Shown in pieces: positions 22,701 through 31,700 of a stretch of 32,000 nt of DNA. Every line of letters starts with the position of its first letter. Position 1 is the stretch's first letter. The stretch is taken from positions 3,328,634-3,360,633 of the forward strand of contig OY759724.1 of NCBI GenBank assembly GCA_963662715.1, in the 5' to 3' direction. This DNA comes from Candidatus Omnitrophota bacterium (GTDB lineage Bacteria; Omnitrophota; Gorgyraeia; Zapsychrales; JANLHA01). The translations under genes and the position numbers were made by a program. The notes below the pieces were generated by a model. That model saw only the letters and a list, made by a program, of their open reading frames with translations. It did not search any database and was not told the origin of the DNA.

Positions 22701-25700
22701 GTTAATCCCCGCATCACTCAATACATCAATATCTTCCCAGTTGATCCCCGCCGTTGTTAGCTCCCCTAAATCAACCCAATTAACTCCTGCCCGGCTCAAC
22801 TCGTCTATTCCCGACCAATTGATCCCTGCATCACTTAACACATCTATGTCCGCCCAGTTGATCCCCGCTTCACTCATATCATTCACACTCACCCAATTGA
22901 TTCCCATATCACTCATCACATTTATATCCTGCCAGTTGATCCCCGTATCACTTAACACATCGATATCCGTCCAGTTGATCCCTGCTTCGCTCAGAACATC
23001 CAAATCTAACCAGTTAACCCCTGCATCACTTAACACATCTATGTCCGCCCAGTTGATCCCCGCTTCACTCATCACATCTACGTCCAACCAGTTTATCCCC
23101 GCGTCACTTAAATCATTCACACTCACCCAGTTGATCCCCGCATCACTCAATACATCTACGTCCTGCCAGTTGATCCCCGCTTCACTTAACACATCCAAAT
23201 CTAACCAGTTAACCCCCGCATCACTCAATACATCTACGTCCTGCCAGTTGATCCCCGCGTTCGTCATATCACTCATATTTACCCAGTTCATCCCCGCATC
23301 ACTCATCACATCCACATCCAGCCAATTGATCCCCGCGTCACTCATATCATTCACACTCACCCAGTTGATCCCCATATCACTCATCACATTTATATCCTGC
23401 CAGTTGATCCCCGTATCTGAGAGTACATCCAAGTCCACCCAGTTGATTCCCGCATCCGATAATACATCTAAATCCAACCAATTAACCCCTGCATCACTCA
23501 GCGCATCCACATCCTGCCAGTTAATCCCCGCATCACTTAACACATCTATGTCCGCCCAGTTGATTCCCGCGTCACTCATATCATTCACACTCACCCAGTT
23601 GATCCCCGCCTCACTCAGTACATTTATATCCTCCCAATTAATCCCCGTATCACTTAACACATCGATATCCGCCCAGTTGATTCCCGCGTCACTTAACTCC
23701 CCGATATTCGCCCAGTTAATTCCTTCTGTACTCATCTCACTGATATTCGCCCAGTTCACCCCGCTTGACGACATCTCCCCAATATTCAACCAGTTCACTC
23801 CTGTCGTACTCATCTCACTGACATTCGCCCAGTTCACCCCGCTTGACGACATCTCCCCGATATTCAACCAGTTGATCCCCGTATCCGACATCTCACTGAT
23901 ATTCGCCCAGTTCACCCCACTCGTGGATAACTCCCCGATATTCAACCAGTTCACTCCTGTCGTACTCATTTCACTGACATTCGTCCAGTTGATCCCCGCA
24001 TCACTCAATACATCCACATCCTGCCAGTTGATCCCCGCGTCACTCATATCATTCACACTCACCCAGTTGATCCCCGCATCACTCAATACATTTATATCCT
24101 CCCAGTTAATCCCCGTATCACTTAACACATCTATATCCGCCCAGTTGATTCCCGCGTCACTTAATTCCCCGATACTCTCCCAGTTAATTCCTGTCGTACT
24201 CATTTCACTAATATTAATCCAATTAATCCCATTTGATGACATCTCCCCGATATTCGCCCAATTGATACCCGTGTCCGACATCTCGCTGATATTCTCCCAG
24301 TTCACCCCACTCGTGGATAACTCCCCGATATTCAACCAGTTCACTCCTGTCGTACTCATCTCGCTGATATTCTCCCAATTTACCCCACTCGTGGATAACT
24401 CCCCGATATTCAACCAGTTCACTCCTGTCGTACTCATTTCACTGACATTCGTCCAGTTGATCCCCACATCACTCATCACATCTATGTCCTGCCAATTGAT
24501 CCCCGCTTCACTTAAATCATTCACACTCACCCAATTAATTCCTGCATCTGACAAAACGTCCACATCCAGCCAGTTTATCCCCGTATCACTTAACACATCC
24601 AGGTCCACCCAATTAATTCCTGCATCTGACAGAACGTCCACATCCAGCCAGTTGATCCCCGCATTCGTCATATCACTCATACTCACCCAGTTCATCCCTG
24701 CATCACTCATCACATCAATATCCGCCCAGTTGATCCCCGCATCACTTAAATCATTCACACTCACCCAATTGATTCCCGCGTCACTTAATACATCAATATC
24801 ATCCCAGTTGATCCCCGTATCACTTAACACATCGATATCCAGCCAGTTGATCCCTGCTTCACTCAATACTTCTACGTCCAGCCAGTTGATCCCCGCATTC
24901 GTCATATCACTCATACTCACCCAGTTCATCCCCGCATCACTCATCACATCGATGTCCTGCCAATTAACCCCCGTATCACTTAACACATCGATATCCGTCC
25001 AGTTAATTCCTGCTTCACTCAATGCATTAATATCCGTCCAGTTGATCCCCGTATCACTTAACACATCCAGGTCCACCCAGTTAATTCCTGCATCACTCAG
25101 TATATCTACGTCCAGCCAGTTGATCCCCGCATTCGTCATATCACTCATACTCACCCAGTTCATCCCTGCATCACTCATCACATCAATATCCGTCCAGTTG
25201 ATCCCCGCGTCACTTAGATCATTCACACTCACCCAATTAATTCCTGCATCACTTAACACATCGATGTCCTGCCAGTTTATCCCCGTATCACTCAGCACAT
25301 CTATGTCCGCCCAGTTGATTCCCGCGTCACTCAATACTTCTACGTCCAGCCAGTTTATCCCCGCATTCGTCATATCACCCATGCTCACCCAGTTCATCCC
25401 CGCGTCACTCATCACATCGATATCCTGCCAGTTTATCCCCGTATCACTTAACACATCGATATCCGCCCAGTTGATCCCCGCGTCACTTAACACATCCAGA
25501 TCCAGCCAATTAATCCCCGTATCACTTAATACATCCAAATCCAACCAGTTAACCCCTGCATCACTCATCACATCCACATCCAGCCAGTTGATCCCCGCGT
25601 CACTTAACACATCTATATCCGCCCAGTTGATCCCTGCTTCACTCATCACATCGATGTCCTGCCAGTTGATCCCTGCGTCACTTAATTCCCCAATACTTTC

Positions 25701-28700
25701 CCAATTGATCCCCGCCGTTGTCATCTCCCCGATATTTTCCCAATTAATCCCTGATCTACTTAACTCACTGATATTCTCCCAGTTGATCCCCGTATCCGAC
25801 ATTTCACTGATGTTTTCCCAGTTAATCCCCGTGTCCGACATCTCGCTGATATTCTCCCAGTTCACTCCGCTTGATGACATCTCCCCGATATTCGCCCAGT
25901 TAATCCCCGTACTGCTCATCTCACTGATATTCTCCCAGTTCACCCCGCTTGATGACATCTCCCCGATATTCAACCAGTTGATCCCCGTACTGCTCATCTC
26001 CCCAATATTTAACCAGTTGATCCCTCGGTCACTTAACACATCTATATCCAGCCAGTTGATCCCTGCATTCGTCATATCACTCATACTCACCCAATTCATC
26101 CCTGCATCACTCATCACATCGATGTCCTCCCAGTTAATCCCCGCATCACTCAATACATCAATATCTTCCCAGTTGATCCCCGCCGTTGTTAGCTCCCCTA
26201 AATCAACCCAATTAACTCCTGCCCGGCTCAACTCGTCTATTCCCGACCAATTGATCCCTGCATCACTTAACACATCTATGTCCGCCCAGTTGATCCCCGC
26301 TTCACTCATATCATTCACACTCACCCAATTGATTCCCATATCACTCATCACATTTATATCCTGCCAGTTGATCCCCGTATCACTTAACACATCGATATCC
26401 GTCCAGTTGATCCCTGCTTCGCTCAGAACATCCAAATCTAACCAGTTAACCCCTGCATCACTTAACACATCTATGTCCGCCCAGTTGATCCCCGCTTCAC
26501 TCATCACATCTACGTCCAACCAGTTTATCCCCGCGTCACTTAAATCATTCACACTCACCCAGTTGATCCCCGCATCACTCAATACATCTACGTCCTGCCA
26601 GTTGATCCCCGCTTCACTTAACACATCCAAATCTAACCAGTTAACCCCCGCATCACTCAATACATCTACGTCCTGCCAGTTGATCCCCGCGTTCGTCATA
26701 TCACTCATATTTACCCAGTTCATCCCCGCATCACTCATCACATCCACATCCAGCCAATTGATCCCCGCGTCACTCATATCATTCACACTCACCCAGTTGA
26801 TCCCCATATCACTCATCACATTTATATCCTGCCAGTTGATCCCCGTATCTGAGAGTACATCCAAGTCCACCCAGTTGATTCCCGCATCCGATAATACATC
26901 TAAATCCAACCAATTAACCCCTGCATCACTCAGCGCATCCACATCCTGCCAGTTAATCCCCGCATCACTTAACACATCTATGTCCGCCCAGTTGATTCCC
27001 GCGTCACTCATATCATTCACACTCACCCAGTTGATCCCCGCCTCACTCAGTACATTTATATCCTCCCAATTAATCCCCGTATCACTTAACACATCGATAT
27101 CCGCCCAGTTGATTCCCGCGTCACTTAACTCCCCGATATTCGCCCAGTTAATTCCTTCTGTACTCATCTCACTGATATTCGCCCAGTTCACCCCGCTTGA
27201 CGACATCTCCCCAATATTCAACCAGTTCACTCCTGTCGTACTCATCTCACTGACATTCGCCCAGTTCACCCCGCTTGACGACATCTCCCCGATATTCAAC
27301 CAGTTGATCCCCGTATCCGACATCTCACTGATATTCGCCCAGTTCACCCCACTCGTGGATAACTCCCCGATATTCAACCAGTTCACTCCTGTCGTACTCA
27401 TTTCACTGACATTCGTCCAGTTGATCCCCGCATCACTCAATACATCCACATCCTGCCAGTTGATCCCCGCGTCACTCATATCATTCACACTCACCCAGTT
27501 GATCCCCGCATCACTCAATACATTTATATCCTCCCAGTTAATCCCCGTATCACTTAACACATCTATATCCGCCCAGTTGATTCCCGCGTCACTTAATTCC
27601 CCGATACTCTCCCAGTTAATTCCTGTCGTACTCATTTCACTAATATTAATCCAATTAATCCCATTTGATGACATCTCCCCGATATTCGCCCAATTGATAC
27701 CCGTGTCCGACATCTCGCTGATATTCTCCCAGTTCACCCCACTCGTGGATAACTCCCCGATATTCAACCAGTTCACTCCTGTCGTACTCATCTCGCTGAT
27801 ATTCTCCCAATTTACCCCACTCGTGGATAACTCCCCGATATTCAACCAGTTCACTCCTGTCGTACTCATTTCACTGACATTCGTCCAGTTGATCCCCACA
27901 TCACTCATCACATCTATGTCCTGCCAATTGATCCCCGCTTCACTTAAATCATTCACACTCACCCAATTAATTCCTGCATCTGACAAAACGTCCACATCCA
28001 GCCAGTTTATCCCCGTATCACTTAACACATCCAGGTCCACCCAATTAATTCCTGCATCTGACAGAACGTCCACATCCAGCCAGTTGATCCCCGCATTCGT
28101 CATATCACTCATACTCACCCAGTTCATCCCTGCATCACTCATCACATCAATATCCGCCCAGTTGATCCCCGCATCACTTAAATCATTCACACTCACCCAA
28201 TTGATTCCCGCGTCACTTAATACATCAATATCATCCCAGTTGATCCCCGTATCACTTAACACATCGATATCCAGCCAGTTGATCCCTGCTTCACTCAATA
28301 CTTCTACGTCCAGCCAGTTGATCCCCGCATTCGTCATATCACTCATACTCACCCAGTTCATCCCCGCATCACTCATCACATCGATGTCCTGCCAATTAAC
28401 CCCCGTATCACTTAACACATCGATATCCGTCCAGTTAATTCCTGCTTCACTCAATGCATTAATATCCGTCCAGTTGATCCCCGTATCACTTAACACATCC
28501 AGGTCCACCCAGTTAATTCCTGCATCACTCAGTATATCTACGTCCAGCCAGTTGATCCCCGCATTCGTCATATCACTCATACTCACCCAGTTCATCCCTG
28601 CATCACTCATCACATCAATATCCGTCCAGTTGATCCCCGCGTCACTTAGATCATTCACACTCACCCAATTAATTCCTGCATCACTTAACACATCGATGTC

Positions 28701-31700
28701 CTGCCAGTTTATCCCCGTATCACTCAGCACATCTATGTCCGCCCAGTTGATTCCCGCGTCACTCAATACTTCTACGTCCAGCCAGTTTATCCCCGCATTC
28801 GTCATATCACCCATGCTCACCCAGTTCATCCCCGCGTCACTCATCACATCGATATCCTGCCAGTTTATCCCCGTATCACTTAACACATCGATATCCGCCC
28901 AGTTGATCCCCGCGTCACTTAACACATCCAGATCCAGCCAATTAATCCCCGTATCACTTAATACATCCAAATCCAACCAGTTAACCCCTGCATCACTCAT
29001 CACATCCACATCCAGCCAGTTGATCCCCGCGTCACTTAACACATCTATATCCGCCCAGTTGATCCCTGCTTCACTCATCACATCGATGTCCTGCCAGTTG
29101 ATCCCTGCGTCACTTAATTCCCCAATACTTTCCCAATTGATCCCCGCCGTTGTCATCTCCCCGATATTTTCCCAATTAATCCCTGATCTACTTAACTCAC
29201 TGATATTCTCCCAGTTGATCCCCGTATCCGACATTTCACTGATGTTTTCCCAGTTAATCCCCGTGTCCGACATCTCGCTGATATTCTCCCAGTTCACTCC
29301 GCTTGATGACATCTCCCCGATATTCGCCCAGTTAATCCCCGTACTGCTCATCTCACTGATATTCTCCCAGTTCACCCCGCTTGATGACATCTCCCCGATA
29401 TTCAACCAGTTGATCCCCGTACTGCTCATCTCCCCAATATTTAACCAGTTGATCCCTCGGTCACTTAACACATCTATATCCAGCCAGTTGATCCCTGCAT
29501 TCGTCATATCACTCATACTCACCCAATTCATCCCTGCATCACTCATCACATCGATGTCCTCCCAGTTAATCCCCGCATCACTCAATACATCAATATCTTC
29601 CCAGTTGATCCCCGCCGTTGTTAGCTCCCCTAAATCAACCCAATTAACTCCTGCCCGGCTCAACTCGTCTATTCCCGACCAATTGATCCCTGCATCACTT
29701 AACACATCTATGTCCGCCCAGTTGATCCCCGCTTCACTCATATCATTCACACTCACCCAATTGATTCCCATATCACTCATCACATTTATATCCTGCCAGT
29801 TGATCCCCGTATCACTTAACACATCGATATCCGTCCAGTTGATCCCTGCTTCGCTCAGAACATCCAAATCTAACCAGTTAACCCCTGCATCACTTAACAC
29901 ATCTATGTCCGCCCAGTTGATCCCCGCTTCACTCATCACATCTACGTCCAACCAGTTTATCCCCGCGTCACTTAAATCATTCACACTCACCCAGTTGATC
30001 CCCGCATCACTGAATACATCTACGTCCTGCCAGTTGATCCCCGCTTCACTTAACACATCCAAATCTAACCAGTTAACCCCCGCATCACTCAATACATCTA
30101 CGTCCTGCCAGTTGATCCCCGCGTTCGTCATATCACTCATATTTACCCAGTTCATCCCCGCATCACTCATCACATCCACATCCAGCCAATTGATCCCCGC
30201 GTCACTCATATCATTCACACTCACCCAGTTGATCCCCATATCACTCATCACATTTATATCCTGCCAGTTGATCCCCGTATCTGAGAGTACATCCAAGTCC
30301 ACCCAGTTGATTCCCGCATCCGATAATACATCTAAATCCAACCAATTAACCCCTGCATCACTCAGCGCATCCACATCCTGCCAGTTAATCCCCGCATCAC
30401 TTAACACATCTATGTCCGCCCAGTTGATTCCCGCGTCACTCATATCATTCACACTCACCCAGTTGATCCCCGCCTCACTCAGTACATTTATATCCTCCCA
30501 ATTAATCCCCGTATCACTTAACACATCGATATCCGCCCAGTTGATTCCCGCGTCACTTAACTCCCCGATATTCGCCCAGTTAATTCCTTCTGTACTCATC
30601 TCACTGATATTCGCCCAGTTCACCCCGCTTGACGACATCTCCCCAATATTCAACCAGTTCACTCCTGTCGTACTCATCTCACTGACATTCGCCCAGTTCA
30701 CCCCGCTTGACGACATCTCCCCGATATTCAACCAGTTGATCCCCGTATCCGACATCTCACTGATATTCGCCCAGTTCACCCCACTCGTGGATAACTCCCC
30801 GATATTCAACCAGTTCACTCCTGTCGTACTCATTTCACTGACATTCGTCCAGTTGATCCCCGCATCACTCAATACATCCACATCCTGCCAGTTGATCCCC
30901 GCGTCACTCATATCATTCACACTCACCCAGTTGATCCCCGCATCACTCAATACATTTATATCCTCCCAGTTAATCCCCGTATCACTTAACACATCTATAT
31001 CCGCCCAGTTGATTCCCGCGTCACTTAATTCCCCGATACTCTCCCAGTTAATTCCTGTCGTACTCATTTCACTAATATTAATCCAATTAATCCCATTTGA
31101 TGACATCTCCCCGATATTCGCCCAATTGATACCCGCATCACTTAAATCATTCACACTCACCCAATTGATACCCGCATCTGACAGAACATCTAAATCCACC
31201 CAGTTGATCCCCGTATCACTTAACACATCGATATCCAGCCAGTTAATCCCTGCATTACTCAGCACATCCACATCCAACCAGTTAATTCCCACGTTCGTCA
31301 TATCACTCATACTTACCCAGTTCATCCCCGCATCACTCATCACATCTATATCCGTCCAGTTGATCCCCGCATCACTTAAATCATTCACACTCACCCAATT
31401 AATTCCCGCATCTGACAGAACATCTAAATCCACCCAGTTGATCCCCGTATCACTTATCACATCGATGTCCTGCCAGTTGATCCCTGCTTCACTCAATACT
31501 TCTACGTCCAGCCAGTTGATCCCCGCATTCGTCATATCACTCATACTCACCCAGTTCATCCCTGCATCACTCATCACATCGATGTCCTGCCAGTTGATCC
31601 CTGCATCACTCATATCATTCACACTCACCCAATTGATTCCCGCGTCACTCAGAACATCAATATCATCCCAGTTGATCCCTGTATCACTTAACACACCCAC

